A stretch of DNA of 63,376 bases, the filler included, from Octopus bimaculoides (Eukaryota): assembly GCF_001194135.2 (NCBI RefSeq). It is 6 parts of 6 records of this genome, joined end to end, with 100 filler letters (N's around TTAATTAATTAA, not from the genome) between each part and the next. Parts side by side here need not be neighbours in the genome. Positions count along the whole stretch, not along the records: positions 1 to 18,377 come from NC_068983.1; 5 more parts are not named here. One strand, written 5' to 3'. Numbering within the stretch: the first letter of the stretch is position 1; the number at the start of each line of letters is the position of its first letter. The position numbers and the translations under genes were made by a program. Under the pieces are notes generated by a model, which saw only the letters and a program-made list of their open reading frames with translations, was not told the DNA's origin and did not search any database. This document shows, piece by piece, positions 1 to 14,020 of the stretch.

Positions 1-114
1 TATATATATATATATATATAAAATATTGGATAAAATCTTTATAAGAATTTATCAAGTAGTCAGCGTGAAAAAACCCCATAAAGAAAAAAACTCATTGTTT
101 TTTTCCATAAATAT

Positions 115-260
115 ATATAATTTATATAAGGGCATTACTATATAATAATGCCTCATGCTTAGAGGGACTAAATAAGTCAAAAACTACCAAAAAATAAGCA
201 ACATATTTACCGAAAGCGTGAGGCATTACTATATAGTAAATGCCCTTATATAAATTATAT
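115..260. mobile_element. Short foldback MITE in a (TA)n context
   Basis: ~45-bp inverted arms ATAATTTATATAAGGGCATT(T)ACTATATA(A/G)TAATGCCTCA(T/C)GCTT at 115-160 and 214-260. Confidence 0.7.
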
Positions 261-278
261 ATATATATATATATATAT

Positions 279-455
279 TCACTCCGTCGGTTACGACGAC
301 GAGGGTCGCAGCTGATACGATCCACGGAACAGTTTGCTCGTGAAATTAACGTGCAAGTGGCTGAGCACTCCACAGTCACGTGTACCCTTAACGTAATTTT
401 TAGGATATTGAGCATGACACAATGTGTGCCAAGGTTGGCCCTTTGAAATACAAGA
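279..455 (-). mobile_element. Third SINE family, 3' half
   Basis: CACTCCGTCGGTTACGACGACGAGGGT...GAAATTAACGTGCAAGTGGCTGAGCACTCCAC, shared with 51945 and 55928. Confidence 0.8.
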
Positions 456-1139
456 ACAATATCTATATATCTATATATATATATATATATACACACATTT
501 ATATCTATATATTCATATCTATCTATTTATCTATATATATATATATATATATTCACACACACACCAATGGATTGTTCCGGATAATAGCTAAGTGACTACT
601 TATAGATAATTATAACGTTCATTCGTCTATTTGGACGCAAACTGCATATGCTTATATACAAATGAATATGTGTTGTGTATACTTTTTTTTATTGTACTCG
701 TATTGCTATGTGTCTTTATGTGCATGTGCATGCGTTGGTGTGTGCATGCGCACGTTTATGTCAATATAATGCGTGACAAGTCTGGAACGAGGAAGGCACA
801 ACGTTGTCTCGGTCTTGTATGGCAACAAATAATCTCTGACACACTAACTGATTGATTGGTATATTGATCAAACGATTTGTCTAACAATCGATCATTTAAT
901 TGCTTAATTGGTGACCTAGATGATTTAACAGCAAATAAAAAAAAAACACTGTAAAACGGAAACAGTGCCCTCTCAAAATGACCCAAAAGAAAAACACGCG
1001 CACATGCACGCACATGGACACACACACACACACACACACATATAACCAATACACACAATGTAAATTAAGCACAAGAGCAGCCATTGTGAGAGAAATCGGT
1101 GAATCGATCATATTGATCTCCAGTATTTGGGCATTTATT

Positions 1140-1297
1140 GTAAAGTAGCTTCCTTACCAACCACATGGTTCCGGGTTCAGTCCCACTACGTAGCACCTTG
1201 GGCAAGTGTCTTCTGCTATAGCCTCGGGCCGACCAAAACCGTGTGAGTGGATTTGGTTGACGGAAACTGAAAGAAGCCTGTTATATATATGTGTGTG

Positions 1298-1334
<37 letters not shown>

Positions 1335-1381
1335 ATATGTTTGTGTGTCTGTGTTTGTCCCTCCCAACATCNNNNNNNNNN

Positions 1382-1415
<34 letters not shown>

Positions 1416-1590
1416 ATATGTTTGTGTGTCTGTGTTTGTCCCTCCCAACATCGCTTGACAACCGATGCTGGTGTGTTTACGTCCCCATCACATTAGCGGT
1501 TCGGCAAAAGAGATTTGATTCGACTAAGGGCGCTGCTCCAGCATGGCCGCCGCAGTCAAATGACTAAAACAAGTAAAAGAATAAAAGAAA
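1140..1590 (+). mobile_element. CORE-type SINE copy (contains a 10-N gap with an artefactual duplication)
   Basis: Collinear with 33329-33742. Confidence 0.85.
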
Positions 1591-1913
1591 AGGGAATAAA
1601 AGAATACGGTATGGCAAACAGAGAGAATTGACAACAGTGTTGCAAATTTCAATATTAAAGATATTTAACTGGAAAAGGAACTTATAAGAATATAACTACA
1701 TCTCTTCCTCTTCTATATCTCGCCCATTGTCATCATTAGCACTCATAGTTAAATATATCTAATATTTAATGTACTTGAATCAAGATTTCAAGACTCAAGC
1801 TGTGACACTGTATTCTTTCCCAATATATCTGAGCCCATACACTAGCACAATCGGTAATATAAGTTCTGATTGTTTACTTTACACGATATAATCAAATTAT
1901 CTAACACATATGC

Positions 1914-1956
<43 letters not shown>

Positions 1957-2639
1957 AATTCATATAATGTGTACATTCTATATTGAAATGTATATGTTAT
2001 ATAAAAAAATTATTTCTATTGATAGTTACAAACTCGTACAAACACATTTACGCACACGAAATACAAGCATTTATAAGTATGCATATATAGACACATTTAT
2101 GAGTAAATATATATTCATACATACACACATATGAAAAGATAAATACATACACATGCATAGAGAAAAAAAAAAACTAGATCATATTACACATTGGTGTGAT
2201 TGCTAACTGAGGAAGAAGTGTATATTGTAGAGCGGCTACGCAAACATCTGAGAAGAACAAATGAAGCTGAAAGTTAACAAGACCTGGTCTTCTAAACCGA
2301 AAGCATTAGCAATGATTTCGCAGTAGTTGTTTTGAATTTATTGTTTTCACGTTCAATTTAGAAGTGAAAACAACATTGTCATGCTGTTGTGTTGTTATTT
2401 TTCGTTCTCCTGCTGTTTATTTGCTCAGAGCACTTATAGAGGCATGTCCTGTCAATTTTAATAGCTTACGTTTTACGCCTGTACATATTTAGATAAAATA
2501 TACGAGTATTAGGAAGTCCACGACATGGTTTTTTACTTACTGATCCTCCCGTTTCTCATTGGAAATATTAATTATATCCCTTTTTAAAAATTATTTCATC
2601 AGAACAATATTATGTGCAATCATACATGCATATACTAAC

Positions 2640-2847
2640 ATAAACATATCTATGCATATATGTCAGTAAGTGCCTATGTACTTATGTATATATGCATGTA
2701 CGTCTGCATGTATGTACATGTGTTTGTATGTGTCTATGCATGTATGTATGGAGATATATATATGTAGGTATGAATATATACACATGTATATACACACACG
2801 TATATAATATGTATACAGCTCGATAGATACATAGTAACATATATCTG

Positions 2848-2894
<47 letters not shown>

Positions 2895-2899
2895 TTATA

Positions 2900-2979
<80 letters not shown>

Positions 2980-3833
2980 CATATATATTACATAGCTATA
3001 TATATCAATATATACATATATTATGTACGTGTATGTTTTCATATATGTGTAGATATGCGTATGCACATGTACATATATATATGCACTTTGGTATATATAT
3101 TTACATAATTATATGCATATATATATATGCATAACACTATGCATATATACATACACGCACGCACACACACGCGCGTTTATATATACATGCATATAACTGT
3201 GTGGTGTGTATGTATTGTATATGAATACGCACATGCTAGTCTATATAGACATGTACAGATATGGATATGTATATACATAATATTTATACGCAAATAGTTA
3301 CATTCAAACAAGCACACAGCTTCGCAGACAAATATACATATACACACACAAAACATACACACAGACACACACGCATGCACATTCACAGGGAGACATGTAT
3401 GCGTACAATTATACAAAGGCACACACTTATTTGCAATTTGCATCGATATACTTATAGATTTATTGCAACTTGCTCAGATTTACATTATGAAAAAAGGAAA
3501 AAAAAAATAGTGAATATAGGCCTCTTTCACAAAAGTCCATTTGTTAGGCATCAATACACACCATTAAATAAGTAGCATGTATAAATGTTACTGCCACGGA
3601 CACCATTTACAACTCATCGATTACGACTCCGACAAACAATAGATGCAAAAATTAATGCACATCGCAGACCTATTGGAAGCCTTTCAGATTGAGTTTAATT
3701 AAAGGCTACTTTGTAAGTGTGTGTGTCCGTGTTTATGTATTTGTATATGTATATTTATACACATGAACACGTATACACGCATATGTATGCATATCTGTAA
3801 CTACGTATGATTGGATGCATGGAACTATGCATG

Positions 3834-3899
<66 letters not shown>

Positions 3900-4250
3900 T
3901 GTATGTATGTGTGTGTATATATATATATATGTATATATATATATGTATGTTATATTCAAACATACATATATATAGTTACGTGTGCGTGTGTGTATATATA
4001 CATATATGTATATATACACACACACACACACATATGAATGTATATATGTATGTGCATATGAACACACATCTGTAAGGGAGATTTAACTTAAGTGATTTAG
4101 TAATTTACGCTATATCCTTTTTAGTCGGTGTTACTATATATGGTCACACAAACAAGATTACAAACATAAACACACGTATTTACATATGTGCATATATATA
4201 AACATATGCATAGATACATACACACATATATACACATATGCATAAACGCA
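2640..4250. repeat. Dinucleotide-rich (TA/CA/GA) microsatellite block
   Basis: Directly visible. Similar blocks lie at 16430-17160, 20816-21250, 40900-41540, 46323-46440, 48465-48540 and 53160-54380. Confidence 0.95.
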
Positions 4251-4604
4251 GTAGTGAGTTTCTGCATGAGCTTTTGTGATTGCAGGTATACATAAAAGTT
4301 GCTATTAAGTTCTGTGCATTAAAATATTATGAGAAGCTAATAGTGTGAGAAGAACTCAGGCATTTCTACACGACCGTGCTGTTCCATATATATTGTATAC
4401 TCACACGTAGTCACGCATATTGACATACACATGCACACATACATATCACAAAATCCTTGACATATGCAAGCACATTAACATTCCCCATTACGCAATATAG
4501 GAGCTGAAATTACTAAACAGCTTCTAGATCCAAAACATAGAATTATAATGTGTAAACTTTAGTAAATGTAAGCTTCAATACAGGAAGAGAAATTAAGGTT
4601 GTTA

Positions 4605-5530
4605 GCAGGCAGAATTGTTATTGCGTGGGTAAAAATTGCTTTGATTTTACATTCTGTGTGTTCAAATGACGCCGGGGTCGATTTAACTTTTCATTTCCTC
4701 GACGTCGGTAACATAGTCAGATGAAACATGATGGATTCGTGCAATGATTTGAAGCCAAAATGTTCGCCAAAGTGCTTTTTTTAGTTACCGTCGTTTATGT
4801 TCTGAGTTCAAATCCAGAATCAGCTCACATTGTCTATTATCATTTTAAGTGCGATAAAGGCGGTGAGCTAACTGGATCGTTAGCACATTGGGGGAAATGC
4901 TTAGTGGTATTTCGTCTGCCACTACATTCTGAGTTCAAATTCCGCCGAGGTCGACTTTGCCTTTTATCCTTTTGGGGTAGATAAATTTATTACCAGGGAA
5001 ACACTTTGGTCGATGTAATCATCCTGTCCCCTCCCCCAAAATTTCAGGCCTTGTGCTATAGTAGAAAGGATTTCATATGCGATAAAGGCGGTGAGCTGGT
5101 CGGATAATTAGCATCGCGGGTGGAAATGCTCAGCGGCATTTTGTCTGTCCATACATTGCGAGTTCAAGTGCAACAGGGGACAACTTTGCTTTTCATTGTT
5201 TCAGGATAAATAAAATGAGTATCAGTTGAGCACTGGGGTCAATGTAATGGGCTTGTCCCCTCAAGAAAATTTCAGGCAATCTGCCTACAATAAAAACGAT
5301 TATTATTATTATTACTATTAAAGGCGGCGAGCTGCTAGAATTGTTAACAGGCCGGATGAAATGCTTAGCAGTATTTCGTCTGCCACTGCGTTCTGAGTTC
5401 AAATTCCGCCGAGGTCGACTTTGCCTGCCATCCTTTCGGAGTCAATTAAGTACCAGTTACGTACTGGTGCTGAGGTAATCGACTTACCTCCTCACCCAAA
5501 AATTTCAGGCATTGTGCTTACAGGTGAAAG
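4605..5530 (+). mobile_element. Tandem array of 4-5 copies of a second tRNA-derived SINE (Meta-domain-like, octopus OK-like)
   Basis: Heads AAGGCGG(T/C)GAGCT at ~4857, 5085 and 5321 (period ~230 bp). B box GAGTTCAAATTCC is followed by GAGGTCGACTTTGCCTTTCATCCTTTCGGGGTCGAT. The domain name is from recall. Confidence 0.8.
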
Positions 5531-5559
5531 AAATTTTAGTTCGATATACTCTATTACTC

Positions 5560-5777
5560 TTTTACTTGTTTCAGTCATTTGACTGCGGCCATGCTGGAGC
5601 ACCGCCTTTAGTCGAGCAAATCGACCCCAGGACTTATTCTTTGTTAGCCTAATACTTATTCTATCGGTATATTTTGCCGAACCGCTAGGTTGCGGAGACC
5701 TAAACACACCAGCATTGGTTGTCATGCGATGTTGGGGGGATAAACACAGATACACAAACATATGCACACACATACAT

Positions 5778-5817
<40 letters not shown>

Positions 5818-5835
5818 GACGGGCTTCTTTCAGTT
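5560..5835 (-). mobile_element. CORE-type SINE 3' part
   Basis: Reverse complement of the 3' two-thirds of 33329-33742. Confidence 0.8.
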
Positions 5836-5839
5836 TCCT

Positions 5840-6055
5840 ATTTCTTTATTGGCCGCAAGGGGCTAAACAGAGGGGACAAACAAGGACAGACAAAGGGATT
5901 AAGTCGATTACATCGACCCCAGTGCGTAACTAGTACTTAATTTATCGACCCCGAAAGGATGAAAGGCAAAGTCGACCTCCGCGGAGTTTGAACTCAGAAC
6001 GTAGCGGCAGACGAAATACCGCAAGGCATTTCGCCCGGCGTGCTAACGTTTCTGT
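5840..6055 (-). mobile_element. Meta-like SINE
   Basis: Reverse complement of the same family. Confidence 0.85.
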
Positions 6056-6320
6056 AACTAAGTCACTGTAGTCGAACAAATTATCCCCAGTACTTATTCT
6101 TTGTAAGCCTAGTACTTATTCTAATGGTCTCTCTTTAGACGAACTGCTAAGTTACGGAGTAGTCAGGCGGTGGTGGTAGGACAAACACATATATACAAAT
6201 ACACATACATATATAGATAGATAGATAGATATTTATTTATGAGGGTAGAAATTGAGATTAAGCAATTTGAACCAGTGGTCTAGCATATTAAAAAAATACG
6301 AATATTAAAATCATATTACA

Positions 6321-6565
6321 TACAAAAATAAAAGGGATGACCAGCAAAAGTGGACTACTATATGGTAGAAAATTTTAAATGGTGAAACCATGGTACGTAG
6401 GTCAATCGTTTTTATTTAGTATTTTTTCATTTGTCTTGCCCTTTTACAGTCTGTTGTGTCGCTGAATTTTTACTGAGAACATATTTTTTTCGTGGTTAGA
6501 TGATTCGGCATCTATTTCTAGCATATAGGAGTCCACTTTTGCTGGTCATCCCTCTTATTTTTGTA
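6321..6565. mobile_element. MITE with ~50-bp TIRs and TA termini (Tc1/mariner-type, inferred)
   Basis: TACAAAAATAAAAGGGATGACCAGCAAAAGTGGACTACTATATGGTAGAAA at 6321-6371 is inverted at 6515-6565. Confidence 0.75.
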
Positions 6566-7628
6566 GATAGATAGATAGATAGATACTTATAAATATAGAG
6601 TGGTGGAACAACAAGGCACCAATGTTTACTGGAAATAGCAGTTGATACATTTACGACGCTATAGTAAAGTTTCAATGTGTATATACTGGTAAAGACGTGT
6701 GAGAACAGCACACATAAAAATGAAATTGTCTTACCTCTAGGAAGAACATTAGATAAATGGACAACCCAGGACGAGATAATCCAGTATCTAGGTTTCGGAC
6801 TCTTCAAATACGTTTGTTATCGTAAATTTGATTGGTCTTCCTCAGCTGGATTTACAAGGACAATATTACACACAAACACATACACACACAAATACATATA
6901 TATATATATATATAGTTAAATATTTTATAGGAAAACAAACGATGAAGACAGGTGTATGAACAATAAGTGAGTGTTCTAGTTTGACGCTCGGGAAAAATGA
7001 AGAAGTATTTCATGTTTAGATCCTAAGCTTTTCAGCAGAAGGGAATGAGAGGAAATAAACTGAGAGAGAATGAGAAAAATCTTGTGGGGTTCTGCGGTGA
7101 TATATGTAATACGACACAACCAGTGTTGGTGTGTTTACGTCCCCGTAACTTAGCTGCTTGAGTTTACAGAAGAACGTAAAGCTAATGCAACATTCTTTTC
7201 GACATTCCGTCCAGCTGCTCAACACTTTCAACCAATTCGCCGCCCACCATTCTGCTTTTCGTATTTGTAATACGTGAATTATGAAGAGGATGAAGGCAGC
7301 AATGCAAATAAGAAAGATATCTGACATTTAGAAAGAAGTAAAAAAAAAAAAAAAAGGTTACAAAACAAGTCACTTATTATGTGTACAGACTTGAATTTAT
7401 GGGAAATGTAAGACATATAGCGTTGGATTGAAGATGACAGGAATGATTGCTAAGAGGTTTCGATGCCGGAAAATAAACTATGCGGTTGAAGGAAATTATA
7501 ACACTTCGATGCATGTAACTAGCTATATATTTGTCTGCGTAAACACATGTATATATACGAGCAGACACACAGATACACGCAGCTATACATACATGCAATA
7601 TGAATATATGCACACACAAACGCATATC

Positions 7629-7676
<48 letters not shown>

Positions 7677-8329
7677 GATATATATCACTGCATTTAAGGA
7701 TATTCAAGACTGAATTTACATGCAATACAACAAGATTAAATATCAAGGAAATAATAATAATAATAATATAGCCAAATTAAATGCTGATGTTAATATAAGG
7801 AATGTAATAGTAATGTAGCATTCGATATATTAATGCCGGAAGTTATTTGTTCCGATACTCTATGTTCAAATTCAACAAGATCCATTTTTACTTCTTTTAC
7901 CTTTTAGCTTCAGAATTAAAAACATCTAGTGTAATGTCAGTTTCCTTGCTTCCTTTTCTGTCTTTCTTTCATGTAGATCCCTTCTCTCTAAAAGTAATCC
8001 ATTTTGCTCAGATCTGGCTAAAGTATAATTTATACAAGTTTGAAAATGTCCAAAATAGGTCGTGTGTCCTGGAGTTAAGAGACCATCACCAGAATTCCGT
8101 TGACTGAAGTATGTAATTTTAGTGTTCCCGCTTTTTCTAATTTTTTTTTTACAACAATGTGAGTTGTAGAATCGCTAGTACGCCGAAGAAAATGCTTATT
8201 TGTATTTCGTCCGTCTTTAAGTTCTGAGTTCAAATTCCGCCGACATCCTAATTTCGTATATCGGTAACCGTGTTCGAATTGTGATGTCTATTACAAATAA
8301 TTAACAATCTATTATTCTTAACTAAGTCG

Positions 8330-8560
8330 TAAGGCGGTGAACTGACAAAATTATTAGCACGCAGGACGAAGTGCTTAGTAGTATTTTGCTCGTCGCTACA
8401 TTGTAAGTTCGAATTTCGCCGAGGTCGACTTTGCCGTTTATCCTTTCGGAGCTGATAAAATGATAACCAGTTGGTCGCTGGTGTGGATTTAATCACAGGT
8501 AGGTAGTCCTACCTTCAACCTTGCTGGTCTTGTACCAATATTTGAAACCAAAATAGATTG
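8330..8560 (+). mobile_element. Meta-like SINE (plus a partial copy at 8160-8260)
   Basis: AAGGCGGTGAACTGAC head and GAGGTCGACTTTGCC block. Confidence 0.75.
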
Positions 8561-11500
8561 ACTTAAATACCTAAATCATTCGAAGCTTTTGAAAAGGTCG
8601 CCCAGGGTGAAATATATGGCCAGGCAGCATAATATTAACCATCACTGTTTTGATTTCTTCATTTTCAGAGTTCATTCGCATTCATACACAAAATAAAACA
8701 GAAAACTCATACAAAAAGTGCACGACAAAATTATTTCAATTGGCTCTACTGAAAGAAATCTAGCGACGTTCAAATCGGTCTCTGCTCGACAATCGGTATT
8801 ATTTAGTAGAAATCTTAGTGGTGTGTACCTCCACAAAATGTTCATGGCTTGTGAGGTTATTTATGTTGCAGTATTTACATCTTTTCACTCCACGTAACAA
8901 TTTTTATGTCGTTGTAAAATTTGTGCTATGGGATGTACATAATTCTTGTGAGATAGTTAACATGTAATTACGGGGAAATATTCATCAAATCTTTCTACTG
9001 CAATAACAGTGTAGACGGACAACTGTATCTAAATATTCTAGCTGTTGTATTTAGCGTCTGGATGTACCAATTTGAATCCTGCAAGTGTGTCTAAGTATAT
9101 AGAGCACCTATTACCGTTTCCTTAATCAGTTTAAGTATGTTACAATAGAAAAATTGAACCAACGACCTTCTACAAATAGGAGCCACATCTCTAAGTCATT
9201 GTCTTACCACCTTAACAAAACCGAAGGACAAGCTGCATCATGTATTCCCAAAACCCTTTTGGCCTGCCCATAAATACAGATATCAATTTTGGGATTGTTT
9301 GACGAGGCTTTCGCTCAATGAAGATTGATTCAGATTAAATCAAAGCGTCAAACATTTGAGGCACTTTTCTTCATTTCACATATTAAATATCTAACTCAAT
9401 ATTGTTCGTTTCAGTTATAAATAAATGGCAACAATTTTGTGTCATTTTCTGCACATATTAGGTTTACAGCTTTAACTACCGATGTTCGTATGTTGTTCTC
9501 TAAATTAGTATCAGTTAGGAATTGAAACATGAAATATCAAATTTACCAATTTGACAACTTCTTTCAAAGTTCTCCATACTTTTTGTACAACATATAACGT
9601 ATCGCATTGCTGAAAATTCTAATTAGTTTGCCAGTAAGGCGATTTACGTAATAACCTAACATTGAGAGTAAAAGAAGTGAATTTATTAATAAAATAATTA
9701 AGATTTTCACAAATGTAAAAATAAAATTTACAAAAGAAAAAGAAATTGTAAAGAAAGTTGTGTAGAGTAATAGACGTGTCATCGCCGTGGTTAATGGAAT
9801 AAGATTCAAAAATAGCGACCAGAAAACACAGCAAGGACAAAATATAATAATATCGATTGAAAACTTTTATAATTAATCAGGGAAACATATCTGTGTTATC
9901 ATTATTATGCAAAAATGTCAAATTAGGGTAATGAATAAAACATTTAATTATCTCTAAACACAGTGGTTAGTAATTAACTTTAAAAACTCTAATGCAATTA
10001 ATATGTGAAAAGGAAGAATAAAAAATTAAACAAAACAGAAACAAAATATGTTCAATGTTGCAGTAATTACAAATGTTTTCATTGATTTGATATGAAAGAA
10101 ATGTTCATTGTGATTCAAAGAGAGAGAAGAGAATTCCGTTGATGAAAATTGAATGTTTCAGAAGAAAGTTGGACAAAACTGCACACAGACACAAAGATAT
10201 TAATCAACATGTGCAGCAAAACTTACGATCTAATTTATAATGATAAAAAATAATAACGATATTAAAATAATTAAACATAGAATAGAAAACAAAGGCAAAA
10301 ATTTCACCGTGTGAAATAATTATAAGCTGAAGCAATATATTCAGATTTTCTCTTCATTTTTTTTTGTGTTTCAAATTAAATAACTACATCAACAACAACA
10401 AAAATAAAAATATAGAAAACATCGCAATAACAACGACTACAACAATAACAACTACTACAAAAGCTAGATCAACCAAAATAATGACAAGCATAGTAGTAGT
10501 AGTAGCAGCAGCAGCGACAAAACAGCAGTAACAGCAGGAATTTTATAATTAATATTGTACTGTTAAACTTTTGGCCCTGAAATTATAGGAAGCTGAAAAA
10601 TATAAACATTAGTAATAATGCTGTTGGCATCGACGAAATTGCACTAAATACCCTCCTCAGAACCCGTCAGTCAATAGGATCCCTAGCAGCTTTTGATACT
10701 ACAGCTATGTTCATAGAACTTAATTCTGTTTTTAGCAGTGAAATTGCTCAAACGTTGAAGCAAAAATAGTTTTTAAAAAATATGAAGTCGAATCAAAAGA
10801 AATTAAAAGATAAAGATTAAAACGAACAGCAATTTCAATTCATAATTTGAAATTAAAATTTAATTAGAAGCATGGATTTCTCATCTTTTCAAACCAATAT
10901 GCCAGATTGATGTATATTTCTTACAAAGCAATGTGTTTATCAACGTTTCAAATCTAAATTTATGATTTTAAGATTATCTCTTTTACATTACCGAATACTA
11001 GACCTTCGGATTCTATTGTGCCATATATTTGGTGCAAATAAAATATTCCTGTTAATTCATTTCTATGTATTCATTCTGTAATAATAGTTGAAAGTCATAA
11101 AACAGATGTTTCTTCAATAAGATACATTATCAGAGATTGCAATAGAATGCCGCCATCAGTATAGCTTGTCAACATCTTAAATAACTGAAAATTAATTAAC
11201 AATGGAGGTCTTCAACTGGCTCTCAGCTGCCAGATATAGCAGTAATATCTCCTCAACTCACACACTTCATTCTGTGTATTATGAGACGTTGGGCAATGTA
11301 ACAGTAATGTACGCCGATAGAGGATTCTCATATTTCGAATCTTTTTGACCTTGTATTGTTTCCAATCATAAACCGACCCCGTTTTTTAAGCAACAATAAC
11401 TGCAGCAAATCAAAAGTTGTAAAAAGGGAAAATTAAACGCTTTCCACTAAAAAAAAAAAAAAAACGCATCAAAGTAAGAGAGGTTTGATCTCTGTTTATC

Positions 11501-13100
11501 AAAGAAATCCTATGAAAGGTACAGCAGATAATGATTTCTTCCAACTACAACAGAAGGAATAGGTTTCTATTTATATTTAAGACATTATCAAATTTAAAAT
11601 ACAGAGGGAGCCAAAGGTATTCGAGTACACTTATCAGTAAATTCTTCATTTCGAACAAATTAAAAAGGTATTATTTCTTTCAGATCCCCTGGCAGATAAA
11701 TTCCTCAGATTTTCGTGGAGTTTGCGTGAAGGTGCTGAATACTGTTAATATATATATGACATTCCATTGCTTACTTCATCCAAGCAGAGCTTAAAGATTT
11801 ATCCCCACTTAAATGGGGTTGTTCCGTTAGATCAAACTTTTCTGTGATAGATGCCGTGAACGAAACTCTCACATAAGCATTTGGTGCAAAATGCACTTTT
11901 TTTTAGTTCTAGGGGAACATTCGCGTTTAAGTGAGGACAAATATTAGTTCTCGGTACTAATACTGCTTCTCTTACTAACATATAAAGCTTAAAACTATCT
12001 TCAGAAGCTCAACATATCAAGGAGCATTCACTGTAAGACACCTTGGAAAGTTGTAAGGGGATATAACATCTTCCTTCGTTACTTACCTCCCTTAAAATCC
12101 CCTCAGTTACAGGAAGCTCAGCGGCTATGACTGTGAGTGCTAGCCGGCTCTGCACAAAGCCATCTGTCTTTTCTCCCATTACGCATTTGCTCTCTGTCTA
12201 CGTTTTTCCTCCTCAAGAAAGAACCAGAGCATGTATGTTTGTAAGGGTTTTTAAACCATGTTAAGAAGCGCTTGACCCAAATAAAAAGTTTCTTCAACGT
12301 CTTTTTCTGATATTAATTGGGCTCTCCCAGGTACATACGACTTGCATCGAACGTCCTCGTGCATCACAGTTTTGTTAGTACAAAGTTTTCACTGGCGATG
12401 GCTACACAGGTTATTTTATCCGAGATCATTATCGGTAATGTTTTGACATCGTTGGATAAATTGATGCATCCTTGCAGATCCTAAAAGTTTACAGTGTTTT
12501 TATTGTCAATTTGATATAGTTGAAATAATCCGACTCAAGGCTTTCTAGCTCCAACCGATCTTTGTGTACAAAAGATCATGTAGCATTTAGGTAATTTATA
12601 ATTTCTAACTCGTTATCCTCTGCAAATATGGCAACAATTACTCAATCTCATTAATTGCTCGTATTATTTGTTATCTGCCATAGGAGATTTGAAAATAATT
12701 AAAATCCTTTTAATTTGTTTGAAGAGAGTTATTATTCCAAGTGTCCTAAAATGACCCCGTATTTTTAAAAGCTGAGGAGCAGTAATTAAAAGTAAATCGA
12801 GATTTTGAACAATCTTTCCCTATTGAATGTGTCCCACTCTATTTTCTAAGAATGAAACCAGGAAACCCGTGAAAGAATATAGGAATAACTTCACGGCAAG
12901 GAACTCACTATTGATTTTGAGATGAGCAGTTCCTTTGCAGAGCACTTCTATATTTTCCTAAGACGATGTCTTCATATGTCTTTTAGTTCTAACTGCTAAA
13001 ATTGTAGTTAAATCTTGCTCAGTCTGGCATTTACCAGAAAAAGAAATAACAATAATGATGATGATAATGATAATAATAATAATAATAATAATAATAATAN

Positions 13101-13510
13101 NNNNNNNNNNNNNNNNNNNNTTCTAATTGATGTATCAATACCAGCAGATGACAACGTTTCCCTAAAAGAAATGGAGAAACTTTCAAAATAGAAAGACCTG
13201 GAAATAGGAGTAACTCGAATGTGGAATCTAAAAACAGAAACAATTCCTATCATAGTAGGCGCATTATGTATGATAAAAAATATTCAGACAAAAACATAAC
13301 AAAAACACCAGGACTTACAAATATATATAACATACAGAAAATTGCACTACTAGGCCTGCACACATCCTACGCAAAACACTTTCAATACAGTAACCATAAG
13401 AGCATCACAGCAAACCACAGCACATACCCAAGGCACACAGAGCTGCGCTCGGTAGTGAAGTGAAAGCACGTTTTTAAAAATAAAACAACTGAATAATAAT
13501 AATAATAATC
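13101..13510 (+). mobile_element. 3' end of an R4/Dong-clade non-LTR retrotransposon (restriction-like endonuclease C-terminus, 3'UTR, (AAT)n tail)
   Basis: Translates as LIDVSIPADDNVSLKEMEKLSK*KDLEIGVTRMWNLKTETIPIIVGAL...IQKIALLG. It is followed by a short 3'UTR and AATAATAAT, with a (TAA)n run also upstream across a gap. Confidence 0.85.
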
Positions 13511-14020
13511 TCACATAATGTGACTGTGTGTAGCAAACTGGCTCAAAAGCACTACAAAAGGAGGCACAATAACGTGGCTAAGTTCGTTCACTGTAGGCTA
13601 TGTGGAAAGTACGACCATAACAGAGCACGGAAATGGTATGAACATGAACCAGAACAAAAAGTATGAGATACTGTGGGATTTTACAATCCAATTTGACACC
13701 TTAATCGATGTTCAGAGATTAGATATTGTTATGATAGATAAAGGAAAGAAGGAAACCAAGATTATAGATATTGCAATAATTGGGAATGTAGGCATGAGTG
13801 ACAAGGAACTAGAAAGGATTGAAAAATACAGACTAGTAAAAGACGAAATTGAAAGAATGTGGACTATCGCGTGAGTGTCTGGAATTCCAGTTGTTCTAGA
13901 GGCATTCGGAGCACTAACAGCCAAGTTCGAGAAATATGTCAGAGAAATCGGAATTGTCAAGGGAGTAGACCAAGCTCCCCAAAACAGCACTGCTGGGGAC
14001 AGCTAGGATTTCAAGCGGCT
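13511..14020 (+). mobile_element. Second, divergent R4-clade LINE fragment (zinc-knuckle remnant and REL endonuclease), decayed
   Basis: Translates as CSKLAQKHYKRRHNNVAKFVH...KWYEHEP / EILWDFTIQFD...RLDIVMIDK..KIIDIAI...EKYRLVKDEIERMW...IPVV...KTALLGTARI. Confidence 0.85.

Noticed and set aside
1272-1451. Tandem duplications across 10-N gaps (also ~22560-22700)
   Set aside because: Overlapping contig ends separated by a placeholder gap; an artefact.
9564-9860. Hydrophobic, receptor-like minus-strand ORF
   Set aside because: It has no ATG start or splice signals, and its composition is explained by a T-rich strand.
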